From an uncultured bacterium (lineage in GTDB: Bacteria; Margulisbacteria; WOR-1; CAVSGV01), in contig OY969425.1 of NCBI GenBank assembly GCA_963699255.1, forward strand, positions 1,200,001 through 1,232,000: a stretch of 32,000 nucleotides of DNA, given 5' to 3'. Position 1 is the stretch's first letter, and each line of letters opens with the position of its first letter. The translations under genes and the position numbers were made by a program. This document shows, piece after piece, positions 1-10,164 of the stretch. The notes beneath the pieces are model-generated. The model worked only from the letters and a program-made list of their open reading frames with translations. It was not told the DNA's origin and ran no database searches.

Positions 1-29
1 CCACACGGAAATCATCGACACTGAGATAA

Positions 30-482
30 AGATACCCGGCGCTTAAGGCAAAAGCCGTCGGCTTCCGCGATGTAGTTGACGCTAACGGCAACAACGTGAT
101 CGCAAGCTTCGACGACGGTCATCCGGCCGTGATCGAGAGCCGCATCGGCAAAGGCAAAGTAATATACGCAGCTTTCAGCCTGTTCCTTTCCATATTGAAC
201 GACGAGAACAAGGAACTTATTAATTTGATAAGAAAACACGTCCCGGAGCCGGAGATAAAGATAACGAATTCAGACCAGGTTGAAATGACCGTCCTGAACG
301 GCGATAAGACCGTTCTGTACATCATCAACCACTCGAATGCTGCACAGTCTCCCATTATCAAATTGCCCAGAAAATACAAAGGAGCCAAGGACATATTGAA
401 CGGGGGCTCTCATACCGCATCGGAGGGCTCCATGTTCCTTGAACTGAAGAGCGCCGATGTAAAGGTGCTGGCTCTGGAATGA
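30..482 (+). CDS. C-terminal fragment of a probable glycoside hydrolase (beta-galactosidase/GH42-like C-terminal region); upstream part truncated by the window edge, with an apparent frame change near 30-45
   Basis: Frame-3 ORF ends at 482 with ...DDGHPAVIESRIGKGKVIYAAFSLFLSI..., resembling the 'GxGxxIY' C-terminal region of GH42-like enzymes. Upstream frame 2 encodes HTEIIDTEIKIPGA*, plausibly the same protein. Confidence 0.4.
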   Translation, partial: RYPALKAKAVGFRDVVDANGNNVIASFDDGHPAVIESRIGKGKVIYAAFSLFLSILNDENKELINLIRKHVPEPEIKITNSDQVEMTVLNGDKTVLYIINHSNAAQSPIIKLPRKYKGAKDILNGGSHTASEGSMFLELKSADVKVLALE

Positions 483-550
483 AGAACCCGACACTAAAGT
501 GTCGGTTAAATTAACCGCGACTTCAGTCGCGGGTTTCGAATTTAGAAAGG

Positions 551-2914
551 ATGATAAAGTTGAAGTACGGTTATTTTGATAACAAGGAAAAAGAATATGT
601 GATAACAAGGCCCGACACGCCGCTCCCGTGGATAAATTACCTGGGGTGCGAGGATTACTGCGCCCTGATGTCAAATACGGCGGGAGGCTACAGCTTTTAC
701 AAGGACGCGAAAGAGCGCAGGCTCACCCGGTACAGGTACAACAATATCCCCATGGACAGGGGCGGAAGATACATATATATAATGGATAACAGCTCAAAGG
801 ATTTCTGGTCCGCTTCCTGGCAGCCGGTCCTGAAAGATACCGCAAAATACAAATACGAATGCCGCCACGGCCTTGGCTACACGGTGATAACTTCTGTTTA
901 TTCGGGCGTAAGAACAAAGACGACCTACTTTGTCCCTCTCGGTGAGAACCTGGAAGTCTGGATGATGGAGATAAAGAACGAAACAAAGAAAATAAGGAAC
1001 CTGACGGTCACCTCTTTCGTGGAATTCTGCCTCTGGGACGCTTTGAACGACATGACCGATTATCAGTACAATCTTAATATCGGGGAAACCGTCTACAAGG
1101 ATAATATCATTTATCATCTCTCGCGCTACAGGGTGGAGAAAAAATACTTCGCCTACCACACCTGCGCGAACGCGAAAGCGGACAGCTTTGACAGCGACAG
1201 GACCGCGTTCCTGGGCTCCTACGGGTCCCTCTCCTGCCCCGCCGCCGTAGAGCGCGGAAAGGGCTCGAATTCGATAGCAAGCGGATGGTCTCCCGTGGCA
1301 AGCCAGTTCATGAACATCAAACTAAAACCGGGAGAGACAAAAACGCTGATATTCCTCCTCGGCTACAGCGAGAAAAAGGACGACATCTCCCGAATCGTAA
1401 AGAAGTTCAAAACGGAAGCATCAGTATTGAATGAGCTTAAGGCGCTTAAAAAATACTGGGATGAGAACCTGAGCCATTTCTCCGCGGAAACGGAAGACCC
1501 TGACGTGAACTCTATGGTGAACATATGGAACCAGTACCAGGCAAGGACCACGTTCAACTGGTCAAGGTCCGCGTCCTATTACGAGTCCGGCATAGGCAGA
1601 GGCATGGGGTTCAGGGATTCGAACCAGGACACCCTGGGGTTCGTGCACCAGATACCCGAAAAGGTAAAGTCCAGGATAGTCGATCTCGCGAGCACGCAAT
1701 TTGATGAAGGCAACGCCCTCCACCAGTATTCGCCGTTGACAAAAAAAGCGATTAGCAATGAAAAGAATTACAGCGACGACCACCTCTGGCTGATCTTCTC
1801 GGTGGCGGGCTATGTCAAGGAGACCGGAGATACCGCGTTCCTGGACAGGCTGGTGCCGTACGCCTCCGGAAATGAAGCCTCGATGTACGATCATCTTGCC
1901 AAAGCCATCGACTATACGATGAAAAATCTCGGGCCGCACGATCTGCCGTTGATGTTCTTCGCGGACTGGAACGACTGCCTTAACCTGGGCGGTGTAAAGA
2001 ACAAAGCCGAATCAGTAATGGTGGCGCAAATGCTCGTTGCCGCCGCGCTGGAGATGTCAAATCTGGCAAAGATCTCCGGAAGGTCAAAGGATGAAAGTAA
2101 ATATATCAGCATAGCCGGGGGCATGAAAGAAGCCATCAATAAGTACGCCTGGGACGGGAGCTGGTACCTGAGGGGCTTTACGGATGACGAAGAGCCCGTG
2201 GGTTCTTCCAGGTGCAAGGAAGGGCAGATATTCCTTGAAACTCAGCCATGGGCCGTGATATCAGGGACTGCCGAAGGCGAGAGGGCCAAAAAATGCATGG
2301 ACTCCGTAAAGAAAAACCTGGCGACGGAATACGGGATAATGATCCTCACTCCTTCGTATTCACAATTCCATCCCGAGCTCGGCTCCATATCGATCTATCC
2401 TCCGGGGTTGAAAGAGAACGGCGCCATTTTCTGCCACCCGAATCCGTGGGCGATGATAGCCGAGTGCATGATCGGCAGGGGCAACCAGGCTTTTGAATAC
2501 TACAAGGCGATACTTCCGGCGACAAAGAACAATATCCCCGACATACATAGGGTCGAGCCTTACATATATTGTCAGATGATAGCCGGGCGCGACCACAAGA
2601 ACTTCGGCGAAGGAAAGAACAGCTGGCTGACTGGAACGGCCGCGTGGAACTTTGTAGCGATATCGAACTGGATACTCGGGATAAGGGCCGAGTACGGCGG
2701 GCTGCTTATCGATCCTTGCATACCCAATAAGTGGAAAGGCTTTTCAGTAAAGCGCTATTTCAGGGGAAGCAATTACTTTATAACCGTGCGTAACCCGAAA
2801 CACATATGCAAAGGGGTCAAGCAGGTAATGCTTGACGGCAAGCCGATAAAGGGAAATCTTATACCTGCTTCTAAGGACAAAAAAGACCACCATGTTGAGG
2901 TTGAATTAGGGTAA
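551..2914 (+). CDS. GH94 family disaccharide phosphorylase (cellobiose / N,N'-diacetylchitobiose phosphorylase-like)
   Basis: 787 aa; N-terminus MIKLKYGYFDNKEKEYVITRPDTPLPWINYLG..ISNTAGGYSFYKDAKERRLTRYRYNN and internal GMGFRDSNQDTLGF, DWNDCLNLGG, which are characteristic of GH94. Confidence 0.9.
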   Translation: MIKLKYGYFDNKEKEYVITRPDTPLPWINYLGCEDYCALMSNTAGGYSFYKDAKERRLTRYRYNNIPMDRGGRYIYIMDNSSKDFWSASWQPVLKDTAKYKYECRHGLGYTVITSVYSGVRTKTTYFVPLGENLEVWMMEIKNETKKIRNLTVTSFVEFCLWDALNDMTDYQYNLNIGETVYKDNIIYHLSRYRVEKKYFAYHTCANAKADSFDSDRTAFLGSYGSLSCPAAVERGKGSNSIASGWSPVASQFMNIKLKPGETKTLIFLLGYSEKKDDISRIVKKFKTEASVLNELKALKKYWDENLSHFSAETEDPDVNSMVNIWNQYQARTTFNWSRSASYYESGIGRGMGFRDSNQDTLGFVHQIPEKVKSRIVDLASTQFDEGNALHQYSPLTKKAISNEKNYSDDHLWLIFSVAGYVKETGDTAFLDRLVPYASGNEASMYDHLAKAIDYTMKNLGPHDLPLMFFADWNDCLNLGGVKNKAESVMVAQMLVAAALEMSNLAKISGRSKDESKYISIAGGMKEAINKYAWDGSWYLRGFTDDEEPVGSSRCKEGQIFLETQPWAVISGTAEGERAKKCMDSVKKNLATEYGIMILTPSYSQFHPELGSISIYPPGLKENGAIFCHPNPWAMIAECMIGRGNQAFEYYKAILPATKNNIPDIHRVEPYIYCQMIAGRDHKNFGEGKNSWLTGTAAWNFVAISNWILGIRAEYGGLLIDPCIPNKWKGFSVKRYFRGSNYFITVRNPKHICKGVKQVMLDGKPIKGNLIPASKDKKDHHVEVELG

Positions 2915-3058
2915 GGGGCTATCAAGGGATAATAAAACGAATCAGCGAATGATAAACTGATATATTCGTTTATTGCTGCTTCATTCGTTGATAGATGGAG
3001 CCCACGGCCCAGTTCGAATCTTTCTTGTGGAGTAAACTAAAGTTCGAACGGTTAAGTT

Positions 3059-3849
3059 ATGGTAGGTTTATTTAAAATAACGCCAACGTTTAAATATATC
3101 ATTGTTTTAATGATAATTGTTTTACTGGGTTGGTTTATTATTGGCATGAGTTTGTATAAGTATATTTTAGTGATTGGGATTTCTTCGTGGCAAGATGTAG
3201 CAGCAGTTTCAAACGTTTTACTCCTTGTGGCCGCAATCTATGGGCTTAAACAAATAGCAGTTGCAAGAAATACACTAAAAATAAATTCAAAAAGAGATGC
3301 TTGCAAAATAGCCGCAGATCAATGCAATTTAACATTTAAAGGAATAATATTGCCTTTATATAAAAAGTTGGTTGCGGAAATAAGGAAAAATAAAGTTACA
3401 TTTTTGAGAAGTGGGATATTGAAGTTTCGGGGAAGAAAATTACTTGCAGAACTAAAAAAGGAGAGAAAATCCGAAAGGCTGATATTGATTATTTAATTAA
3501 ATCAAAATATTTTGCGGATTTATTAAATTCAATGGAGGGATACGCTGTATATTATAAGTGTGGAATTGCAGATGAGTATGTTGGGTATCAAACTACCGGA
3601 AAATCATATTGTGAGATATTTAAGGAGTACCTTCCTTATATTATTTCTAGTATGAAAAATGGCTTTTATAAAAACGCCTCTTGGTTGTTTCTATTTTGGC
3701 ATGCTAGGGTTTTAAAGGAAGAGATGGGGAGGAGAATTAAAGAGGTGGGTTCTAAGATTGATACGGCAAGCAAAGAATATCAAGAGCTTCGAAAGGGATA
3801 TTCAGAATTAGAATATCCTCCGATAAAGAAGCCTATTGGATGTGAGTAA
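3059..3849 (+). pseudogene. Unknown N-terminal-membrane protein split by a -1 frame change: 3059-3496 (frame 2) plus the frame 1 continuation ending at 3849
   Basis: Frame 1 upstream of the ATG at 3532 is open and reads GEKIRKADIDYLIKSKYFADLLNSMEGYAVYYK.... The junction lies at A_AAA_AAG (3454-3460). Two N-terminal hydrophobic segments. No recognised family. Confidence 0.55.
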
Positions 3850-4022
3850 TAATATATATCCCCTTAGTCAGCCTCATATTTTGCTGTTTTCTGTATGATT
3901 TCCCCTTGAGTTGGCGCAAATTTCTGGAAGGGGTGCACAAAAACTCATCCATATCACATATTTGACACAGTTTTTTGCATTGCAAATACCCTAGTCAACA
4001 CTTATGAAAGCATTTTCAATAA

Positions 4023-4031
4023 TGGTATAAT
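4023..4031 (+). promoter_or_regulatory. Candidate extended -10 element (TGgTATAAT) upstream of the histidine kinase gene
   Basis: TGGTATAAT about 50 nt upstream of the ATG at 4079; only a weak -35 match (TTATGA) at ~18 bp spacing. Confidence 0.4.
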
Positions 4032-4078
4032 CATTCCCGAATCAAACATATGTAAGATTTAGGGGAAATATAGGAACC

Positions 4079-6142
4079 ATGCTTTTAACATTGTATTCAA
4101 TTTTAACATTTTCCGTAGCAATACTGAGCTTCATAATCGGCCTGTTTGTCGTTATAAACCGCAGGAACACTCTGAACATTCTATGGTTCATGCTTTGCAT
4201 AACCATAGCCGGCTGGAACCTCGGATATTTCTTTACCATGGTTCCAGGGATAAGTTATGAAAATGCGCTGCTGTCAAGCAGACTGTCACACGCAAGTGGC
4301 ATACTGATAGCGTCATTTTTCTTTACTTTTACCCTGGTCTTTCTCGGCTTGATAAAAGAGAAAATGCCTCAGCTTATATTAGCGCATATTATTACCGTAA
4401 TACTCGTGGGGTTGTGTCTTACTCCCTTTGTAGTTACAAGTCTTGTCCCAAAAATGTTCATGCCGCTTTATCCTGTCGGGAAAATCGGTTATGCTTTATA
4501 TATAACAAATTTCCTCGCCTGGGTTATTTACTCGCATTATTTGTATATCACAAGTTACAAAAGATTAAATGGCTCACAGCAGGCTCAGATAAAATATTTT
4601 TTGCTGGGCACAGTGATCGGCTTTTTTGGCGGTTGCAACTGCTTCCCGCTTATTTTCAATATTCCCATCTCCCCGATAGCAAGTCTTTTGATCATTGTTT
4701 ATCCATTCACAACTGCCTACGCAATATTAAAACATCGCCTCATGGATATCGAATTTGTTATTAAGCGTAGCTTTGTTTATTCTGTTTTAACCGCTCTGAT
4801 CATCGGGATCTATACTCTTATAATATTTATCTCTCAGGAGTTTTTCGTAAATCTTATCGGCCTTAGATGGCTACTCATTCTCATCGGTTCGGCCCTGATC
4901 GCTATCGGCTTCAAACCTCTTGAGCTTGCATTTACCAATTTTACCGACAAATATTTTTTCAAGGCCAAATATGATTATCAAAAAACCTTAAAAGAGCTGA
5001 GCCGGGCCGCAAGATCTATCCTAGAAATAGATGAGCTCCTTAACAAAGTAACAATGTCTATTGTCGAAACTATCAAGGTAAAGAATGTATTAATCTATGT
5101 ACTTGATAAGAAAAACGGCCAGTTTTTACTGCATAAATCAGTAATTGCTCCTCAACAAAAGATACTGGAGAACAACGCAGGTATAGTTAAGAGCTTAATT
5201 GAAAAGAAAGAAGTCATAATAAACGACGGATCAATTAAGCTTTCCGAAGATGCCGCCGGTTTTATCAGAAAAACAGGCGTTGCTCTGATATTTCCGGTGC
5301 TTTTCAAAGATGAACTTGTCGGCATCTTTTGCCTTGGAGAAAAACTGTCCGGAGATATATACGGCAGTGAAGATATCGATCTTTTGACGACGTTATGCGA
5401 TCAGATAGGAATATCCATAAAGAACTCGATGCTTTCGGAAGAAGCGATAGAAACCCAAAAACAGCTTTACCAGGCGGATAAGCTGGCAACGATCGGCACG
5501 CTCGCGGCCGGTCTTGTCCATGAGATAAAGAACCCTTTGACCGCGATAAAAGGCTTTTCGCAGCTGATTGATAAGGCATTTGAGGAACAAGACAAAGATG
5601 CCATCAAAGATTATAAGGGAGTTATGTCCAGACAGCTTGACAGGATCAGCGAAATCGTGGAAAAGCTGCTCAATTTAAGCAAGCCGAGCAAACTTGAGAA
5701 ACAAAAGATAGATATTAACAGCGTTCTGGAAGACATTATCAAACTTATCGGCAAGCAGGCCTCAAGCCAGCACGTACAGATCGTTAAAGATCTTAATGCG
5801 ACATCAGAAATGATCGCTGATCCCGGACAGCTCACACAGGCGTTCCTTAATCTGATATTGAACGGGATCCAGGCAATGCCAAATGGGGGCACGCTTCAAA
5901 TAAAAACAAAAGAAGCAGGTCCTGAACGGATAACTGTAGAGATAATCGACAGCGGGACAGGTATTTCAAAGGATAAGCTGGAGAAGATATTCGATCCATT
6001 CTATACAACCAAAGAAAGCGGTGTTGGGCTTGGATTGGCCGTTACGAAGAAAATAATTGACGATCACAAAGGGAAAATTGAAGTCAAAAGCGAGGAAGGA
6101 AAAGGAACCACTTTCACGATCCTTCTCCCGATCAATCCCTAG
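4079..6142 (+). CDS. Sensor histidine kinase: N-terminal multi-TM (7TM-type) sensor, GAF-like domain, HisKA and HATPase
   Basis: 687 aa; multiple TM helices, GAF-like middle, H-box LAAGLVHEIKNPLTAI, N/G boxes (NLILNGIQAMPNGG, IDSGTGISKDKLEKIFDPFYTTKESGVGLGLAV). Confidence 0.92.
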   Translation: MLLTLYSILTFSVAILSFIIGLFVVINRRNTLNILWFMLCITIAGWNLGYFFTMVPGISYENALLSSRLSHASGILIASFFFTFTLVFLGLIKEKMPQLILAHIITVILVGLCLTPFVVTSLVPKMFMPLYPVGKIGYALYITNFLAWVIYSHYLYITSYKRLNGSQQAQIKYFLLGTVIGFFGGCNCFPLIFNIPISPIASLLIIVYPFTTAYAILKHRLMDIEFVIKRSFVYSVLTALIIGIYTLIIFISQEFFVNLIGLRWLLILIGSALIAIGFKPLELAFTNFTDKYFFKAKYDYQKTLKELSRAARSILEIDELLNKVTMSIVETIKVKNVLIYVLDKKNGQFLLHKSVIAPQQKILENNAGIVKSLIEKKEVIINDGSIKLSEDAAGFIRKTGVALIFPVLFKDELVGIFCLGEKLSGDIYGSEDIDLLTTLCDQIGISIKNSMLSEEAIETQKQLYQADKLATIGTLAAGLVHEIKNPLTAIKGFSQLIDKAFEEQDKDAIKDYKGVMSRQLDRISEIVEKLLNLSKPSKLEKQKIDINSVLEDIIKLIGKQASSQHVQIVKDLNATSEMIADPGQLTQAFLNLILNGIQAMPNGGTLQIKTKEAGPERITVEIIDSGTGISKDKLEKIFDPFYTTKESGVGLGLAVTKKIIDDHKGKIEVKSEEGKGTTFTILLPINP

Positions 6143-6222
6143 AGTGTTCTCCCTCCACCTCTCTCTTTATTACTTTATTCCCCTTATTTGACACTCATTT
6201 TTGTGTGTGGGATAATAAAATC

Positions 6223-7419
6223 ATGAGGTTAGCAATTACCGGCGCCACAGGACTTCTTGGCAGGAATTTGCTTTTTGAGATACTAAAGCAGAACATCAAT
6301 AATCTTGATAATCTAGAAATCCTCGTCTTCAGCAGGCCAAAAAATGAACTCTCACACGCTGAACGAATAGAAGAAATACTCCTGAACGACGGATTACAAT
6401 ATATCGGATGTTCCAAAGACAAACTTAGCGATCTGCTTAAATCGATCATACCGATCTATTTTGACCTTTCAAAAGACAATCTTGCTATTTCCAATGACGG
6501 CTTCTATTTGCTAAATAAGAATCCGATAGACTGTTTTTTCCATATAGCCGCTCTAACAGATTTCCGGCATGAAAAACAAGTTGAGGAACAACTGCAAAAA
6601 ATAAATGTGCTGGGAACAAAAAAAATCACTGAACTTATATCCCAGCTGCACGTAAAACAAGCCGCTTATGTCGGATCAGCCTATTCATGCGGCAAAGCCA
6701 CAGGAAAGGTAATGCCTGATTATATTAATCTCAATGAGGGATTCAGAAATCCATATGAAAAATCCAAGCTTGAGGCGGAAATCCTCTTCAGGAATTTTGC
6801 CAAAGATAAAAAACTTAAACACAAAATATTCCGGCCGGCCACGATATGCGGAAGATTGATCGAAAATCCGATCGGCAGTATAAATAAGTTTGATGTCTTT
6901 TACGGCTGGGCAGCTTTCTTTTTGCGTTACAAATTAAAACACATCAAATCAATAAGCAATCTTTACAGCGAATCTTTTAACATGCCTATAAGGTTAGCCA
7001 TAAACAAAAAGAGCGGATTGAATATCGTTCCAGCGGATTTCGCAGGAAAGATCATATATTCCGTATTTGCGCGCGATGAAAAAGACGTCAGCTATCATCT
7101 TGCAAATGACAAGGAGACTCCGCATTCTCTATATATCGATCAGATCCTCACCGGCCTCAACATTTCCGGGTACAGTTTCGTCGACAAAGAACCTTCGGAT
7201 CAATCTGTGATCGAGAAGTTCCATTATAAGACCGTCGGACAGATCTTTGCGCCATATACGCTCTCTAATTCGATCACTTTCGATGTAAGCAACTTAAAAC
7301 CATTGCAGCGGAAGATAGCACTGGAATGCCCTCCGGTAAACGAGGAAAATTTCTCAAAACTATTAAAATTCGCGATAAAACATAATTTTGGTTTACAAAT
7401 AAACACGGAGACAAAATGA
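6223..7419 (+). CDS. NAD(P)-binding thioester-reductase / NAD_binding_4-like SDR protein
   Basis: MRLAITGATGLLGRNLLFEIL (Rossmann GxxGxxG), HIAALTDFR, YVGSAYSCG, YEKSKLEAE. ATG at 6223 preferred over the upstream start at 6205. Stop overlaps the next ATG (ATGA). Confidence 0.75.
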   Translation: MRLAITGATGLLGRNLLFEILKQNINNLDNLEILVFSRPKNELSHAERIEEILLNDGLQYIGCSKDKLSDLLKSIIPIYFDLSKDNLAISNDGFYLLNKNPIDCFFHIAALTDFRHEKQVEEQLQKINVLGTKKITELISQLHVKQAAYVGSAYSCGKATGKVMPDYINLNEGFRNPYEKSKLEAEILFRNFAKDKKLKHKIFRPATICGRLIENPIGSINKFDVFYGWAAFFLRYKLKHIKSISNLYSESFNMPIRLAINKKSGLNIVPADFAGKIIYSVFARDEKDVSYHLANDKETPHSLYIDQILTGLNISGYSFVDKEPSDQSVIEKFHYKTVGQIFAPYTLSNSITFDVSNLKPLQRKIALECPPVNEENFSKLLKFAIKHNFGLQINTETK

Positions 7420-9533
7420 ACCCGTACGCACTCCCCCCTTTCATATCGTGTATTCTGGCAATAACAATTGGATGTTTCGTATTATCAAGAAATGTAAAAT
7501 CAAAAGACAATATTACTTTTAGCTTATTATGCTTTAGCACCGCACTTTGGCTTGCCGGTTACACGATCATGTATTTAAGTACGGATAGTATTCAAGCTTT
7601 AAGATGGGCACGGGTAGGTTTTTCCGGAATTATTTTTATCCCTATTTTTGCATATCACTTTGTAACCTCTTATATTAAAAAGCCGCCAAAAGCATGGGTC
7701 TTCCCGCTCCTATATGGTTTAGGATTATTTTCCGTTTATCTTGGCCAAACAAATTATGTATACTCAGGCATATCAAGATACTTTTGGGGATTTTATCCGG
7801 ATGCCGGCCCAATATATTTTATCTTTCCGGTAAGTTATGTCCTACTTTTTTCCTATGCCACATTCCTGCTCTTTCTGGCCTACCTTCAGGCATTAAAGGC
7901 TAAAGAATACAGGGTCATCCAACAATTGCGCTATGTTTTTATTGCTATTGGGGGCGCAATCCCAGCTGTTGTAGATTATATTATCAAATACAAGATTGAA
8001 ATATACCCGTTCGGATATATTTCTGCGCTGTTTTTCATTTTTGTTATGACATATGCCATTGTTAAAACTCGCCTCATGGACATCGAATTTGTCATTAAGA
8101 GAAGCTTTGTTTATTCGGTCCTAACCGCCCTGATCATCGGGATATATACTCTTATAATATTCGTGTCTCAGGAGTTTTTCGGTAATCTTATCGGCATAAG
8201 ATGGGTGCTCACATTGCTAGGTTCGGCGATGATAGCGATCGGATTTAAACCTCTCGAAACCGCTTTTACCAACTTTACCGATAAATATTTCTTCCAGGGA
8301 AAATATGACTACCACAAGGTGCTAAAAGACCTATCCCGGGGAATGGCCGAGCTCACAAGCCTGGAGAGGCTGACAAAATTGATAACAAGGATAGTAATGA
8401 AGAACGTCAAACTGTCAGGAGCCATGCTTTTCGTTTACGACTATAACGCTAACTTATTCCGCGCCGTGGCGGCGCAGGGCGACATGAAAGAGTTCAAGAA
8501 CGCCGAGCTCGTGAAAACAGACAACCTGGTCAGGTACATGGACGAAAAAGGGGATGTCCTGATAAAAGGGGAAGTCGCCCATGAGATGGATAACAATCAG
8601 GCCCTTGATACTCACAGGAAATTCCTAAAATCGATCCTGAACCAGATGAATAAGTTCAAGGCCGTCCTATGCGTGCCCAGCAAGATCGGAGATAAGCTGA
8701 TGGGCTTCATACTCCTTTCCGAGAAAAAATCCCAGGACGCATATTCCACCGAAGACCTTATGCTCTTCCAGACCCTGGCCCCGCAGGCCGCCATCGCTAT
8801 GAAGAACGCCATGACCTATGACGAGATCAGGAAGGACTTTGAAAAGGAACATGAGAAAGTTGAGAGCATAGAGAAGCAGCTGGAGCGCTCCGAACGGCTT
8901 GCCTCGCTCGGGACGGTGGCCGCCGGCGTGGCGCACGAGATCAGGAACCCGCTGGGGATGATCCAGATAAAGACCGATAAGCTCGCCGTCGACCAGATCA
9001 ATGAAGAAACGCTGAAGGAATTCAAAGCTTCTGTCACAAGCAATATAGAACGCTCAACGAACATCATCAGGAGCATGCTCGACCTCGCAAAATCAAAAGA
9101 AAAAAAATACGAGAAGGTGGACCTGAACGGGGTGATCGAATCCGCGCTTCAGTTCTTCCCTTTAACCGGGATCAAGCTGGTAAAGGAACTGGGCCCGATC
9201 TCGAACATTAACGGGGACGCGGAGGAATTAAAACAGGTACTCGTCAATTTGATAGACAATGCCGTGAAAGCCATGCCAACCGGCGGGAACCTGAAGGTCG
9301 TTTCACGGCAGGAAGAGAACAGGATCACCATAGATGTCACCGATACCGGAGTGGGGATCCCGAAAGAAGATTTTGAAAGGATATTCGATCCGTTCTTTTC
9401 CACAAGGCATGAAGGGACCGGGCTCGGTCTCTCTATCGCCTACAGGATAATAAGGGAACACGGCGGGAGCATCAAGGTTGAGAGCAAGGTCGGGGAAGGG
9501 TCTACTTTTCAGTTACAGTTTACAACAGCTTAG
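7416..9533 (+). CDS. Second sensor histidine kinase, paralogous N-terminal multi-TM sensor, GAF-like, HisKA, HATPase
   Basis: 705 aa; shares DIEFVIKRSFVYSVLTALIIGIYTLIIF.SQEFF.NLIG.RW with the first kinase; H-box VAAGVAHEIRNPLG; IFDPFFSTRHEGTGLGLSI. Confidence 0.92.
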   Translation: MNPYALPPFISCILAITIGCFVLSRNVKSKDNITFSLLCFSTALWLAGYTIMYLSTDSIQALRWARVGFSGIIFIPIFAYHFVTSYIKKPPKAWVFPLLYGLGLFSVYLGQTNYVYSGISRYFWGFYPDAGPIYFIFPVSYVLLFSYATFLLFLAYLQALKAKEYRVIQQLRYVFIAIGGAIPAVVDYIIKYKIEIYPFGYISALFFIFVMTYAIVKTRLMDIEFVIKRSFVYSVLTALIIGIYTLIIFVSQEFFGNLIGIRWVLTLLGSAMIAIGFKPLETAFTNFTDKYFFQGKYDYHKVLKDLSRGMAELTSLERLTKLITRIVMKNVKLSGAMLFVYDYNANLFRAVAAQGDMKEFKNAELVKTDNLVRYMDEKGDVLIKGEVAHEMDNNQALDTHRKFLKSILNQMNKFKAVLCVPSKIGDKLMGFILLSEKKSQDAYSTEDLMLFQTLAPQAAIAMKNAMTYDEIRKDFEKEHEKVESIEKQLERSERLASLGTVAAGVAHEIRNPLGMIQIKTDKLAVDQINEETLKEFKASVTSNIERSTNIIRSMLDLAKSKEKKYEKVDLNGVIESALQFFPLTGIKLVKELGPISNINGDAEELKQVLVNLIDNAVKAMPTGGNLKVVSRQEENRITIDVTDTGVGIPKEDFERIFDPFFSTRHEGTGLGLSIAYRIIREHGGSIKVESKVGEGSTFQLQFTTA

Positions 9534-9657
9534 TATCCCACTTCCACAATGCAACATCCAATTACTGATGAATGCCCTTATTAAAAGTAATTTGTTCCTT
9601 GTAAATTTATAAACGATTTTCTTAATGCAAATAACAGAACACTTAAGGCATTTCCTT

Positions 9658-10010
9658 CTTACTTTCTTTTGCTTGACCATTTGTTGTGTGTTTGCTATTT
9701 CTGGTCGACATTTGAGGGGCAAGCCCCTCAACGCTCCGCTACTCCCCAATATTCACTTATCTTTTTGAAATAGATATATTCGCAGCCCTAGAAACGCGTT
9801 TGATCTGGCCAGTTAGCCAATCGCGCTTTCACCATATTAACTATGCCTGCCAAAATTAATATGCGTTTAATCCTTGTTAGGCCTTCTGTCTGAGCCGCAC
9901 GAGGCCGAGTTTGTCGAGGACGAGAAGGCGAGTCAAGGCCGTGGGGTGCAGGGGCATGCCCCTGCCGGCGTTCTTTGCTTACTTTCTTTCGCTACAGAAG
10001 GAAAGTAAGC
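9658..10010. repeat. Intergenic region with two copies each of a CTTACTTTCTTTYGCT motif and a G/C-rich palindrome; one large hairpin
   Basis: CTTACTTTCTTTTGCT (9658-9673) and CTTACTTTCTTTCGCT (9978-9993); GAGGGGC-AA-GCCCCTC (9714-9729) and the perfect palindrome GCAGGGGCATGCCCCTGC (9948-9965); 14-bp stem at 9977-9990/9997-10010. Confidence 0.75.
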
Positions 10011-10164
10011 GGGATAAGGAGATGGGATCATATCGAATTTAAACAATTATCTACGGAGGGCGGAGCCTTATCGTCACGATCACTTTAGTTGATTTTTTGC
10101 GCTATTACATGGGGGGATGTTCCACTCAATTTATGTCCACTTGCCAATTGTAACTTAACGCGGT

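Noticed and set aside
3008-3045. agttcgaatc / agttcgaacg, resembling a tRNA T-arm (possible tRNA remnant beside the AT-rich patch)
   Set aside because: The flanking 5-nt stems do not pair, no acceptor or anticodon arm can be built, and there is no CCA end.
9977-10010. Rho-independent terminator
   Set aside because: The strong stem lacks a following T-tract on either strand, so it is treated as a repeat/hairpin.
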